Below are positions 48,555 through 62,318 of a stretch of 64,000 bases of DNA, piece after piece. This stretch comes from Schmidtea nova (lineage: Eukaryota). The stretch lies in assembly GCA_044892505.1 (NCBI GenBank), contig CM097882.1, forward strand, positions 429,598,001 to 429,662,000, read 5' to 3'. How positions within the stretch are numbered: the first letter of the stretch is position 1; every line of letters starts with the position of its first letter. A program made the translations under genes and the position numbers. The notes under the pieces are model-generated. The model made no database searches and was not told where the DNA came from. It saw nothing but the letters and a program-made list of their open reading frames with translations.

Positions 48555-48715
48555 TGTTCAACGATAACCGCACAGTGACTGCTCTTTTCTCAACACCCGT
48601 TATTAGACAGCGTTTGAAATGTGTCGCGAGTAATAGAAAAATACCTGTAAATTTTGAGTTTCAGCAAAAATTGCGAATTTCCAGGCACTCCTATAGGAAG
48701 TCGTATCAGTCCTAC
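48555..48715 (-). ncRNA. Structured RNA family 1, diverged copy C9
   Basis: AGGACT-GATACGAC-TTCCTATA-GG-AGTGCCT-GG; GACAC-ATTTCAAA-CG...CG-G-GTGTT. Confidence 0.55.
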
Positions 48716-48901
48716 TTTTGTCATTTACTACTTCCTTTTCTATTTATTCGTAAAATTAAAACTCTTGGGAAAAATTCACTGCGTTTATGAAATAATAATA
48801 ATTTATTTTGATAAATCAATTTTAACAATCACAAAAATATAAAAGATAAAAAAAATAAACTTAATTATTATATTTAGATTATTAGTACAAAAATTCAAAT
48901 T

Positions 48902-49320
48902 CTACAAATCTAAACATATGTGTTCATTTTGTAATGTCGTCAATCCCCAATCATTCGCATACTCTTTCTTTTCTTGTTTCTTACCTTTTTCACTTTTCCA
49001 GACTTGCATTTTTTCTTGGCCATTCTTAATTCTGTCCATTCCTTTCGATTGTCGTTTGCCGGGATAAGGTAGAATTTTTGATACTAGCGGAACTATTGCT
49101 TTTTCCAACTGTTTATCAATGTAGTGCACGTTGAGTTCGTGCTTAATTTCCTTCATCTCTAACTTCGTGGTTTGGATTTCCGCGTGGTTTTTCTGACCTT
49201 ACTTCAGTAGTAGATTGATGAGCTTCTTTGCAGCATTCATCTTCATAGGAGCGAGCAACGTGGCTACGAGTTTCCTACATTTATTTATTAATCTATCCGT
49301 TCTGCCTTGTACCATTCGTT
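48902..49320 (-). pseudogene. Diverged ORF2 family copy
   Basis: LLAPMKM...TTKLEMKEIKHELNVHYIDKQLEKAIVP resembles LFAPEKMK...TKLELDAVQREL...SYIDSELRALIRP. One stop; lies upstream of C9. Confidence 0.6.
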
Positions 49321-50074
49321 TATCGTTCATAGCAACATTCAACATTCATTTGAGCGATTTTGATATCCATTTTCTCAAAAATATGGTAGATAAATCTTAA
49401 ACTCTCACTTTTTAAGGCTCAATTCACATCATCCCTTTAAAGAAAGATTTCATTAAATAAATTAGAATTCTTAAGTTATATGAATGTGTAAAATTTTATT
49501 GACTTGAATAATAACATAAAATAAAACAAACGACAAACAAAACATAAAATCGATAATAATAAAAGGTTTATAACTGCCTAAATGACATCATTGTGGAAAA
49601 CCCGTACATGAATAATTTGATCATGGAAGACAGTTAACAGCAAAAGATTGATATTAAATATTTTCATTTAATGGGAATGTAAAACAACCAACATATAAAT
49701 TAAAATTGAGTGTCTCGGGTTAGAGAGTATATACTATATTTATATTATCTCCTACTTCCGAAGAAATCGGTGGTTTGTTAATGGGCTTTTTGTTCTGGGC
49801 CCTTTTGATGATGATAATCCGATGGTTATTGTCACTTGAATAGTTTTCGGTAGTTGATGGGCCAAAAGGAATCTCCTTAATTTATTACGTGGAAGCCCCG
49901 ATAAAATAACATGTTTTGGTATTTGGGACAGTCGTGCCAACTTGACTAATAGTTTTAATTGCCCGGTTGTTTTAATAATGTTTAGAAAAAATTATTACTA
50001 AAATAATAGCTTGATAAAAAATAACCTAAATTATAATAATTAATTTCATGATAATTACTTGGGATAACATAGTA

Positions 50075-51050
50075 CAGTGCGTTTCATATTTATAACACCA
50101 CCCCAAATTTTTGGAATTTCCCGTGAAGCACTACTTGCACTTTTATGAATATCTATTATGTTTATGGCCATAGTGAGTCAATATTTGTAGTATATTAAAA
50201 GTTTAAAAGTATTGCTCTATTAAGTAATATTTTAATATTATACTTTTTTAAGTGTTTCATAATTATAACATCACTTATTAATTTAGCCATTTTGTTTGTT
50301 CCTATCTGTTATAGATACAATTCTTTAACACAAATTCAATTAATTTTGTTGCAATATTAGAATGTCTAGAGGAACGCAACTATCTGAGCGTGAGAAAGGG
50401 ATGATTGACGCTTTTACTAAAGAAAAAATGAATCCGTGCTATTGCTAGAGATTTAGGTCGTGTCCATCGTGTTATTCATAATTATTTGAAGGACCCTATT
50501 GGATATGGATCTAAAAAGAGGTCTGGGCGAAAGATAAAGTTGTCTGAAAGAGCAGAACGAGTTGTCGCATATGAGGTTGCCATTACAACTAAGAGCTGTA
50601 AGCGCATTGAACATGATCTTGACTTAAATTTGCGTCAAAGCACTATTTGGCGTTTATTATCACGTAATCCAAATATCGAAAGACAAACTATTAACAGTAT
50701 TCCACTGCTTTTCCCACGTCACATAGCAGCGCGGATGGAATTTGGCCGTAACAACATGAACACTGACTGGACAAAAGTGAGCACTTTTCTCAGATTTTTC
50801 TTCCCACATACATGTATGTTTAAAATGAATTCTTTTTTTATGTGTTTTAGTTGATATTTTCTGACGAATAAAAATTCAATTTGGACGGACCAGATTGTGA
50901 ATGTTGTTACTGGCGTGATTTGTGACGCGAACCACGCTTTTTCTCTAAAAGGAACTTTAGCGGTGGATCGGTGATGGTGTTGGGGGCGTTTTCAGTAAAC
51001 ATATGTCTTACATTGCAGTTTGTTTCTTCAAAAATGAATAGGGTTAAGAA
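50075..51050 (+). mobile_element. Tc3-like transposon, 3'-truncated, with a 74-bp intron (50777-50850)
   Basis: TA-CAGTG start. MSRGTQLSEREK...YLKDPIGYG (ATG 50362, frameshift); DWTK|gt..ag|LIFSDE*KFNLDGPD...YWRDL. Confidence 0.85.
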
Positions 51051-53456
51051 CTGGTAGCTGTTTTTACTTAGATAATTTAAAAATACTAATAAAAGAAAAT
51101 TAAACCAAAAAATAATTAACCAAAATAAAAGTTGCCCCGCTTCCAGAAACAAAATTCCGACGCAAAGTTGTCGCGGAAATACATTAGGATATATTCGCTT
51201 CTCTGATTTTTTGAAGTAGAGCAGCATGCGTAGAATCATTATTATTTCCGATAATTCTCGCTCTTTGATTTCGATAATGCAATTGGGAACTCTATCTAGA
51301 GGTATCTAAAGATAGTCTTGGATTCATTCGAAATATGAATTTAAAACTTTTTATGGCTTCACACTTATTACTCGCAACAGCCAAGCATGAGATGTTGACG
51401 AAGGGAAGTCCCATTAGGAAATATACAGGTCATTCAAGTGAGTACTGCATTTCATGGACTATACTCTAAATGTCACAGACATTAATACTGACATCCACAT
51501 CTTGTTGGTCAATATTTATGTTTAATTTATTGTCTTCTGCTTAATATTCATGTATCACGAAGAATTTCTCCATTGTGATTCAGGAATATGGGATACTGGA
51601 CTACCTGTTTTCAAAATTCATATTTTAAACTTGTAATTGAGACATCCAAAAATATCTTGTAGTTACCTGTTTCATAGTTGTCGCATAAAGCATTTATTAG
51701 TCAGGGTATATCATTACAAAAGCAATAATCATTGTCTTCATTATAAAAATTCACGAATTCATTACATCTGTTTTTCATTGTAAAAGTCTCGGATGTGCGA
51801 TGCTATTAATTTATTTTGTTATCCGTTGATTGAACTATTAGAATTAAAATTAAATTGAACTATTAGAAATTGAACTATTAGAATGTAAAAATTATAAATG
51901 TAAAAATTTTATTATTACATAATTTTTATAAAAATTTAAATTTAAATTCATGTAGGGAAAAATTATAAATATTACAATCAGTTATTATTTTATTTCTAAA
52001 ATTATTTCATGTAAATATTATTTTATAAAATCCCCTCACGATATCACGAAATAATTATAAATTCATTTGCAAATTAATACATCTCTATCACCCATTAACA
52101 TCATCTACATCTAGTACCACACCCAGAATTGCATTCATCCATAAATCATTTATTGAAGTTTCACCCATTAACACCCACCAGCTTGCTACATCCAGAGAAT
52201 CCATATAAAATTCATTCATTTATATCCATCGGTAGGTTACCATGTCACCAATTGACAGCACCTACAATCAATCGTCGCCAAAAAATGTACTATTTAGTTC
52301 ATAAAAGCATGCATATAACATACCAACCTGCAACTCAGTACATCTTAAACTCGAAATAGTTCAGTTCATTATATCAGATTATGTAGTCACTTGCAATTAT
52401 ACATCCTATCGAACATAACATTTTTGCTTGCAAGTTACATCCCCTGTAGTGGTATTTAGCTACTAGCAGGTCAAATATCCTACATTGTTAGCCCCATTCA
52501 ACAGCCTATGACACTCTACGATATAAATTATCTTACTTGTATTAACAACACTACTCTAATAGTATTTAGTGCAGGATATAGGATATCCTATAACATAAAT
52601 TGTCTACTTGCAGATTTAACATCCTACATCTTACTCGTAATTCCTTATAACTACCACTATCTTGCGATTCTCAAATCAGTACCTAATCAAGTACGCTACA
52701 CCCAAAAATTAAATATTTTCTTACAATAAATTCTTAAGTACCTGCCAGGATCTCATCTCGTTGAAATCTTTTAAATAGAAGAAATGCGAAGATGTTTACA
52801 TTAAAGTGAAATAGAATGAATTTTTCTTTAGTTTTTTTCTTATTATGTTTTATTATCATAGAAAAAATTAAAAGTTACAAAGGGGATAAATGTATTATCA
52901 AGAACATCGACATAAAAGTAAACATATCAACTTACTTGGAGTTGGAAAATGTATCATAAAAGTAAGAAACACTGACAAACGTCTGAGAACAGCAGAGTTT
53001 TATTCATATTCGGTTAATGTCTTAAACAAAATGCGATTCAGTGTCGATTATGATAATTGTTAGAGAGAATTTGTTTTAAAAATTCCACTGTTGACACTGA
53101 AAATTTCATCGTGATGAAATAGAAGTTCGACTCCACCAATATTTCGATTTTTTGGCGAGATTTGTCTGATAGTTTTGAGTCACGACCTTTAAGGAGAATG
53201 TAGAATGAAGAGGAAAATTTACAATTGAATGGATGATACTACGAACATGAACTTGGCAAAATTTTCCTACCCAATAGTTAGGTACGCACACACGAATCTA
53301 AACTAAATAACCGAAATAAAACCGGATAATTTAATTAAAAATTTTATACTTACTGAATTGGAAATCGGCTACGGATTATTGTGGGAACCTCCTTTCTACA
53401 AATAAATGTGTAAATCAATAGTCTATCATGTAATAAATTATTACCATATTAAAAAC

Positions 53457-54548
53457 TGTTGAGGATACCTAAAATACAAAATAATATAAAAATAATAAAA
53501 TTACCTGGGGAAAAATAGTCATGACGAAGGAGACAGTCAATGGGAACACAGAAAATAAAACGCAAATAAGAAGAAATGAGAAATAGGAATCAGACAAAAG
53601 AAATCAGACAAGAAAACAAAAACAAAGGTCAGCACTAATTAATTAGTGCAAAAGGAAAAGGAATTTCAAATCGGGAAAAATGAAAATAACAACAATGTAC
53701 TTATCTCGTCAGCTTGTCAGAGATAACGGGAACAAAAATAAAACAAACCGGAGCGGCAAAAAGAAAAAAACAAAGTAGCCGAGTGTCGAGCTGTCAAAGG
53801 CAACATGGGAGTTCTAAAAAAGTATTGGAAATGCCAGAAGCAGAAATGGAAAAAAGCAAGGTGTCACGAGTGCCGAACTGTCAGGAGCAACATGGGAGTT
53901 ACGGAGAAAAAATGGAAAATGCCAGAGGCAAGAGTGCAAATGCGAAGTGCCACAAAGTGACGAGATATAAAAGGAGGAAGCACAGCAGAAGCGGTCAGAA
54001 TTTTAGAAGCAGAAGAATTTTAGACAGAACATTTAGGCGGAATATTGTTAAACAGAAGGGTGGAACAGAAGCTGCGAGAAACAGGAATCAAATTGTTGAA
54101 TTGAAGTTAGAAGAGAAAATTGGTAACTTGAACAGAAGTGAAATTAAGAGTCGAAGTGAAATACGAAAAGAAATTTGTTAATTGAATCAGTTGCAGAAAT
54201 AGAAATTGTGTTGCAAGGACAAAGGAAGCAGACGAGAATTTAAAGCTAAAGAATCAAGTTAAAGCACGGGAAACAAATCGAGATCACTTACGAATAATTA
54301 GTCCAAGTCAGTGGTTAGTAGTTGTTGTTTTCTAGTCATTATACAATTGAGCTATTCTTCACGAAGTGTCGTAATAAGCTCGTATAATTGTCGAAAGAGG
54401 TATTCAATTGATCGTGATATTTTGGATCGTGTAAATCATTGTAATAATCAAATAAAGTTTGTGTCATTGGAATTGTAATTTGGGGGTCAATTAAAGGCAC
54501 ACTTCGGAGTCAGATATTTGATTGGTAACTTTTACCATTTCACCAACA
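53457..54548 (+). mobile_element. Probable solo LTR (1092 bp) inserted in the unit carrying C7
   Basis: TGTTGAGG...TCACCAACA, internal 65-bp direct repeat, AATAAA, CGGAGTCAGA shared with the 16184 LTR. TSD imperfect (AAAC/ACCC). Confidence 0.45.
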
Positions 54549-55422
54549 ACCCCAGAAGCCAACAAAACGAACCAATCAGCTTCGCTTAATTTTAATTCTC
54601 TTCTAAAATTGTTAATATAGATTTAATGATTAAATTCGATTTTATTCTAGACAAAACAAAAGGGGTAGTTCTGACTCGACAATGTAATATATTTTAAATT
54701 AGTCCATACGCTTCATAATTCAAATAAGGGTAAAAAGGGAAATCCAAGGTTTAAAATTAATAAAATTTCTAAGTAATTTTGTGGTTATCGTTGCTTAGGC
54801 CTCGGTGGTAATTTAAAATTTTAAAGTCAAATTTTTGAAAAAAATTTTAATATAATTTTTACAGGATAGGGGGACGATAGAATTAAAATTTAAACCAAAT
54901 TTAATTAAATTTTAAAATTAAAGTTAGAAAATGGGAAAAACCACGAAAATGATAGTCATTCAAACCAAAACAACAGTGATTGAATATCCCCGAATATATC
55001 AATTTCTAAAGGAATATTTGATCCCCGAATTGAGTTGCGATAATATGTTTGACTATGATTTTGTGAATAAAATAAATGTGCGAAAATGCTTGTGTCTTAG
55101 GAAAGTATAGTATATAGTGGTTGGATGGAATAATTGATTTTATTATGATTTAGATTTTGATCAGAAAATGTGAGGGTCAATTTATATATATTTATTTGGA
55201 TTTAAGATTAGAGAACCAAATGCTAGAACTCTTCGAGAACTTAAGTCATCTTCAAAATGATTGAATTGATTTTGTTTTGCCTGTGGCTGGTATACATTTA
55301 CTTTGACATTATTCTTGAATGATGTAGGTTAATTTGATGTTAATAAATTTGTATTGATGTAGATTATTTATTTGAATTGTCGATTAAAATCTTATTGAAT
55401 GCTTATAGATAAATCGTTGAAT

Positions 55423-55661
55423 AAGGCTCTCAAATGGGCATTAGACCTTCTATCGGTAGCCCTTGAACCCATTGAGATGTTCTATCAATCATATTTTCGA
55501 TTTTTCAACGCTCACTGTTTGCGGACATTCACCCATTTGTTGCATTACCAACGTTACATTGTGACGGGCAACAAAATGGTTTAATTTAATGTTTTATATG
55601 TTGAGTTGTTGATGTGAGCCATAACAACGTCAATGTCATGTTGACTGTCAACAACCCACTA
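55423..55661 (+). ncRNA. Structured RNA family 1, copy C7, plus terminal hairpin
   Basis: All blocks present; 9-bp closing stem GGCATTAGA/TTTAATGTT with G-U pairs. Confidence 0.75.
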
Positions 55662-56130
55662 TTTCCTCAGATATTTCACCACTGTTATCTAATACTTTCT
55701 CTGAAAAAGTAAGGTGCTTTGTCACTGGTATAGTTTCACTAAGTGGATCTGGTGCTCTACTGGATAAACTGATTTCGTTCTTTCAAAACCCACTGACGAT
55801 AAACAGAAATAACAATCATTTGACATATACGGGGAATACCGAAGGTCAACACTTTGGTGTACCAGTAAACCGCAATAATAATTTACTTAAATAATTAACA
55901 AAAGCATATTCTAGTGCCTAACTTTTCCGAATATCTTGCATTATCTTCAGACGAAAATAAAGATCTTAAGCTGTGGCCAACTTTGAATTTCCGATAAGTG
56001 AATATTTCCGAGCCTTTATCTTGAGAAAGTGACAGCAAATATAACAAAATTGATCTTTGACATGATTGAAAACGTGTCAAGAAATCTTGCAGATAACCTA
56101 TAAGGTCTAGTGTCGAAATATAATTCAAGG

Positions 56131-56147
<17 letters not shown>

Positions 56148-56175
<28 letters not shown>

Positions 56176-56697
56176 TTAGACAAAAATTTAAATAGTTATA
56201 TGATAGAAAATTAAAAAAAGGTTTTCAACCAAAAATGTATTTGAAAAACTACAATATACAAAAAAATGTGTAATTATGCGATAAAATAATACAGACAATA
56301 TTTTTCTTTAAAAACAATTAAAAATATAAACAATTTAAATTTCGATATTAAGTGGCACCCTTCTTAAATATTCTATTTTACTTATATTATCACTATCATA
56401 TAAAGGCATTAAAACTCGTAGCCTTTCATTTAACTTAACGTATTTACACCTAATGGTAGAAATTATTACGACAACAACTTTCTCTGATTTAGTCAATTTG
56501 TTCTTAATGACATATGTTTATATTACTTTTCAAACAAATAAATTAAAATCGAAGTAATCAGCATTCCTACAAACTGTATAAAACATTTTTTTAAAATTTA
56601 TTTTGGCTTCCGGCGCTTATGTCGGTGGCGGTATTGTTGCAGCGGCATTGTCGTCGTTTAACAGCGGCGGTATTGTCACCGGCGGTAAAGTCGGGGC

Positions 56698-56747
<50 letters not shown>

Positions 56748-56760
56748 CATATATATATAT
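56148..56760. repeat. Two (TA)n tracts (56148-56170, 56701-56760); the second abuts a GC-rich CGGCGGTA-repeat end
   Basis: Direct reading of the sequence. Confidence 0.9.
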
Positions 56761-56954
56761 AAATTTCAAATTTCTTAGAAACGATCCAAAATATTTTAAA
56801 AATAGTTACATATCGCAGTTCAGTGATTTTATATATAATATTAACAAAAAGATTCGTATCGATAGCAGATAATTTTTAAAATATTTTTTTTTTCATGCCA
56901 TGATAAAACAACATCGTAGGGACGATTAACTTTCATAAAATAAAGTGCTCTGGG

Positions 56955-58285
56955 TAAGGTTGCCAGGTGAAACCTTAAAGAATACCGAACAAAATTTTAA
57001 AATAAACTTTAGACTGCTATTTTTGAATAAAAATAAATTTTAAAATAAAAATAAGATATTTTTATTATTTTTTATATTTTTTATTCTGCGAAGTAGCTTT
57101 TAGCAGTTTTTATTTTTAGAAAATATTTCTTTTACGTTTTGGCATGTATAAGGAATATTAAAGAAGATACAAAGTTCGCTTTTTACTAAATTCAACGACA
57201 TCCGATTACGTTCGTTAGTCCATAGAGATCGCCTATCACACTAAAAATTCTTTCAACATTCGCATTCGTAACTGGAATTGAAAATACGAACTGACCTATT
57301 TTCAATAAATTTGGTGCCGACTCTTTTTGAAAGAAATAGTTCCACTTTTCAAGAGAGATGTTCCTTCAAGTGTCTCCATTACCGAATTCAATGCAGATAT
57401 TTTGGCGTGTAAACAGTCTGGTGGAACTGAATACTTCAATGGCGACAACATCCAAATTTTCAAAATTTTATCCAGACTTATAGATTTTTACCGTCTACAA
57501 GGTTCATAGCTTGAAAGCGCATATAAGGAGAATTCTGGAAATCAAACCATTTTTTCCAAATAGTTCAATGCTCTAGCATATACAATTCACCTAACATGGA
57601 TCTAAATAGTTTTTCATCATGGCAAATTTTACTTTCATGCCAAAAAATTCGGTGTCCATGTTATTTTTCAACGATTCTTGAAATTTTACAAATATTAAAT
57701 AAAGATCACATGCCAGAGTTGTACGAGTTTCTAGAATTAGTAAAAAATTTTTAAAATAAGACATAAATGAGTGAACGAAATAGATATAAATTTCGGAAAT
57801 TGTAGGTTCATCTACTGTCTTGATCAGATATCATTGTCCATATTGGTCTTAGACATTCATCTTCACCTAAAGCTAAAAAATAATATTTGAGCAACTGCCA
57901 GCTTAGTAACAAGCGATCAACTGCTTTAAATAAAGATAGCCATCTAGTAGGACTATGTCGAACCACTTCATGAAATTCTGATTCGTAAAACTCATAACAT
58001 TCTTTCAAATTTTCTCGCTTTTTGATTAATTTATCACTTTACTACACCAGCAGAAAACTTTAAATAATACTTTAATATTTTGCATTTCCTATTAAACTAC
58101 AATTTTTATAAAAAATAAAATTTTCAATAGCCTACTGCGGTATAAAAAATTTGAATTTCAATATTTTCAAAGCGTTAGGAGAAATACCGGATAAATGTAC
58201 GTCCTGTCCTTCTAATTTTTTCCCACCGGCCAAGTAGTTGAATTAACGGACTGTCCGGTTCAAAACCGGAAAACTGGCAACCGTA
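56955..58285 (-). mobile_element. Non-autonomous hAT element (1331 bp)
   Basis: TIRs TAAGGTTGCCAG / CTGGCAACCGTA, 8-bp TSD GCTCTGGG, transposase remnant HSPTRWLSL. Confidence 0.92.
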
Positions 58286-59639
58286 GCTCTGGGCACATCG
58301 TTGAATTGAAACAATAATTAGTATTATTTATTTTTAAATGTAAATTTTTGTTAATTTTAATAGAATTTTTATATTGTAATATAAGGAATTTTCCCTTATA
58401 ACTTGGAAATCGGTTTTCATTGTAGGGTTTTTGAGGATTATCATCTTCAGAGTATAAATATTCTTCAGCGGCCAGATCCCAGCACTTTGATCGAAAGATA
58501 TATTTTTTATCAATTTTTTTAGATAACTTCTAATTTTAATAAAAAAAACGATTTACTATTGTTCATATAAAAATTACCACCCATGGGACATTTCTCTCCA
58601 GGGCTATGAATTTTAATGTCCATCTTCGTTTTAATTTTAAAAATTATTTTTTTTTTCATTTGTAATTGATTAAAATGCATTTCAAGGGGAATAAAAAATG
58701 GATAATTTGTATTTTTATTTAATTCAAATTGTAAGAGTAGAATTTTATTTTGAAACTTGTCAACAACCTAGATTTAATATAAATTATATACAGATTGGAA
58801 CAATTTTTTGTTCTATTCTTAATTATTATAATTTTTAGAAAATTATTATCTTGGTTATTACAAAATTTCATACAGTAGACTTAATTAGTACAGTTGTTTC
58901 TAGTAGATAATCGTATGTATCACTCGCATAAATAATTGAATATCATAGTGCTATATAGTTATGAGTGAATGTAACTAGTTAGGAAAGGAAACCTCGTATT
59001 TTTCCTTAAGAGAGAACACTCATAATTTCAATTATTCCAATAAAATTACACAAAAACTTAAATTGTCTAAGCTGAGGTCACCCATGAATTTGGTTAATCC
59101 TGAATAATTATAAATTGTATACAGTAACTCCTCTATCTATCTAATTTCTGGAACCTAACTCTATAATTTCATACAAAGCAGGATTCAGAGTACGATTTTT
59201 CGGTTTGCGTTCTGTTTTTGTAGAACGTATCTACCGCGCAGTTGGAGGGATTACTATAATTCTTATTTTTAGAAAAAATCAATAAATGAAAATATACTAA
59301 TTTTAAAATAAATTAACTCTCCGACGGACGCAATACAAAATGGCACTAGTTAGGGCGCAATGAAATTAACATTGTTAGAAACTACTGGAAATGAAAATGA
59401 AAGAAAAAATGTAATAAAGTTATATTGTTATTATTTTTATAACAAAAGTATGAGCATATATATTGTTTAAAATTAGATATAATAATTAAGCGAATTTTGA
59501 TTTCTTAACATAAGAAAATTAATAATAATATAATACTACTTTTGAAAAATATATTACTACTACTACTTATCCAACAAACATAATAAAATCTAATTTTAGT
59601 CCTCTTCAGTAGCATTATTTCTATCAACTTAAGATTTAT

Positions 59640-60155
59640 AAGTTTCCACTAACCATTGCTGCATGTTTTAACATATTATTTTTGCATACTCCGCAAAGAT
59701 ATATGGAATATCTCTGCTTTTTTCTTGAATACAAGATGCACACCGTTTTCTTTTGTTATAGTTACAGCGGGGCATGTATTTATTTATATTTCAAGAAATA
59801 GAGTAAGTTTCTACAGATGTTGATATAATGTGGTAGATATACCCTTACTTTACATTGTTCTTCAATGGAGGTGCTCTGCTGCTAACGCTTTTTTTTAATT
59901 TCATTTTTATTCTTTGTAAAACTTGTGCATTTACATGATTTATTAATTATTGTTAAAAATATTACTAATGGCCACTAAAGAGTTTTTCTTTGTACATTTT
60001 AATTCAAACACAGCTGGTCAACTATGTCCTTTACGGCCTTTGTTTTGTCATAAAATGTTTATTATCGTCTCCTGTATCTTTGTCAATTGCGTCATCAGTG
60101 TATGCTTGACACTAAAATTACATTTTAATTTTTTTGTGAATACAGTCAAATCGTG
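59640..60155 (-). pseudogene. piggyBac transposase 3' remnant
   Basis: YDKTKAVKDIVDQLC...WPLVIF and KRKRCILYSRKKQR...LCGVCK. Confidence 0.6.
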
Positions 60156-60522
60156 TTACTGTTGGGCCAGCCAAATAGAGGGAAAAGTGAAATAAAAGTA
60201 GAATAATTAAAACAAAAAGAGAAAAATAAGGTAAAAAGGGGAATATTAATTTGTTAAAAGAAAAGAGTAATATAGTTAAAATATAGATAAATTAAGAACA
60301 AACTATAAATAAAAATAAATGAATTTCTAGATATTAACGGGCCCAGGAGACATCTAAAAACAAACAAAATACAAATAATAATAATTAAAACCAAATAAAA
60401 GTACTTGTTATTGAATAATTGTTTTTGAAACCCGGACTTCCAAGGAAGAATACAATCTAAAAAATAAAAATTAATTAGAATCAAAAACAATAATTAAAAC
60501 CACCATGAAATCGGCCAAATCC

Positions 60523-60568
60523 GATTGGTCAGTCTAGATCAGACTGATCAGTATAAATACTGATCAGA
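60523..60568 (+). promoter_or_regulatory. Unit H core promoter: GATTGG and TATAAATA, the TATA inside the palindrome CTGATCAGTA-TAAA-TACTGATCAG
   Basis: Direct reading; similar position to the promoters of B and D. Confidence 0.65.
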
Positions 60569-61506
60569 CTTTGGATAAAACAGACTTAATACCTAATCTT
60601 ACAACGTCAGTTGAGAGTGTAAAATTTAGCTCACTAATCAAATAGACTTTAAATTCTAGACGAACCGATCGAATCAAACCCAGACGAATTAGGTATTTTG
60701 GTTTCTGTATTATTTTATTCATGATTGTGTCATTTGTTTTGTCATTTATCTATTGATCTAATTATTTATGTGTTTATGCGTTCATGTGTCGAAATTTGTT
60801 ATATGAATTATATAAATTAAACGTTATTGTGATTAGACTCAACATTAAAATATATAATGATCATATTAATTTTGCGCCGTTGGGAGCTTTAGGTTCCCAA
60901 GGTGTCAGTCCGTGGCGTGGTGCTCGAGGGCTCCACACACGGTAAAGTAATAAATAACCAAATATGATTTTATTAGTAGTGGTCGAGATTTGCACATGGG
61001 ACACCCAACAAATCCGGGGAATTATTTTCCGATCATTTTAACTACAGAGGAGGCGATTTTCGGATAAAGTCTAACGATGTAGGATAAGAAAGAATTTTTC
61101 GACTGTGAGGAGGCACAATTTTTCACCCTCACCACAGCACAGTTGCTAAATAAACATCTAATAAACCTTAGAAAATTAGGTCGACCGCATTTGATATGAA
61201 AGGGGCGTTTTCCGAGTAAGCTAGGAGATATATGACGTGAGAGAGTTTCCGTTTTGGGATACCAATGTTTCGATATCCACGCAGACAAAACACCAATTTT
61301 CGACTATATTATTGATCGTAAACGAATAAATCTAAGCAGACACGAGAGTAAGGTACACCGTAACGAGCAACAGTTTTTCTTGATTTCAGTTAAGGTCTAA
61401 GGAGAAGACAAATAATAAAGGCATCACGATGAGAGATAACATCTACTATAATTAATCATTGATTTAAATTGTTAACTATTATAAAATTCAGCATCATTCT
61501 AGTATC

Positions 61507-61983
61507 ATGACTAAACACAGATTCACCATCAAAAAGCGACGAGAACGAGCCCGAATTAGCCCATTAAAGCCGGCTCCTTTTGAAATTTTGCAACAAATCC
61601 ATCAAAAAATGTGGGCATGGCGCCGAGAGCTTGTAACCGCATGTCCATTTACAGTATGGGACCATCCACGGCATCACGTATGGTACCGGGGATGCGCTAG
61701 TTGGCCAATCATTCCAGACGAGGAATTCGAATCATGGCACGCCGCCTGGTTCGTTCTGATGTTGGATAAGCGGGGATTCCCGAACTGTGTAATTTATTGG
61801 GGGTTCATTCCAGCCTCTACATTCAAGGAATTGGGATTCACTTTCCATACAGCAATACGACCCCTTCGGGAAGCTGAGAGGATCCGTCTCCAGCAAGCCT
61901 CACCCAACTCCACTGGAATCAGCTCAAATTTGCAAATCAGATCGATATTTTCGTACCGAGGAAAAATGACCGAAGATGAATAG
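61507..61983 (+). CDS. ORF1, 158 aa, Trp-rich, function unknown
   Basis: Open frame followed by AATAAA; homologues in units B and D. Confidence 0.75.
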   Translation: MTKHRFTIKKRRERARISPLKPAPFEILQQIHQKMWAWRRELVTACPFTVWDHPRHHVWYRGCASWPIIPDEEFESWHAAWFVLMLDKRGFPNCVIYWGFIPASTFKELGFTFHTAIRPLREAERIRLQQASPNSTGISSNLQIRSIFSYRGKMTEDE

Positions 61984-62318
61984 TTGAATAAATGGCCACC
62001 TGTTTTGAATTAAATAAATGTTTTAGAGGAATCTGAAGTGTTGCATTTTGTTAATAGCGCTATAATGTAGATGAGAAATTTATTAACCTCTAGTGCTGTA
62101 GATGTTACCGTCAGTAGGACATTCTTTCACTAATGTAAAACAGTTGAGCAAAATTTTGAGCCTCCAATCATTAAATAGAAAAATAATTTTGGTGTAAAGA
62201 TTTAATACTTGAACACAGTAGTATGCATTTTTGCTCCTAAATCGTAAATAGTCACTTAATTAAAATGACCTTGTTGATAGGTTCTCCAGCGAATTTATCG
62301 TTATAATATTCAGACATC

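Noticed and set aside
48400-50050. Defining boundaries for a minus-strand unit around C9 and the ORF2 copy
   Set aside because: No convincing TG...CA ends with a TSD; only the internal parts are reported.
53714-54181. 155-aa basic ORF
   Set aside because: Lies in the A/G-rich part of a probable solo LTR, includes an internal tandem duplication and has no homologue in the window.
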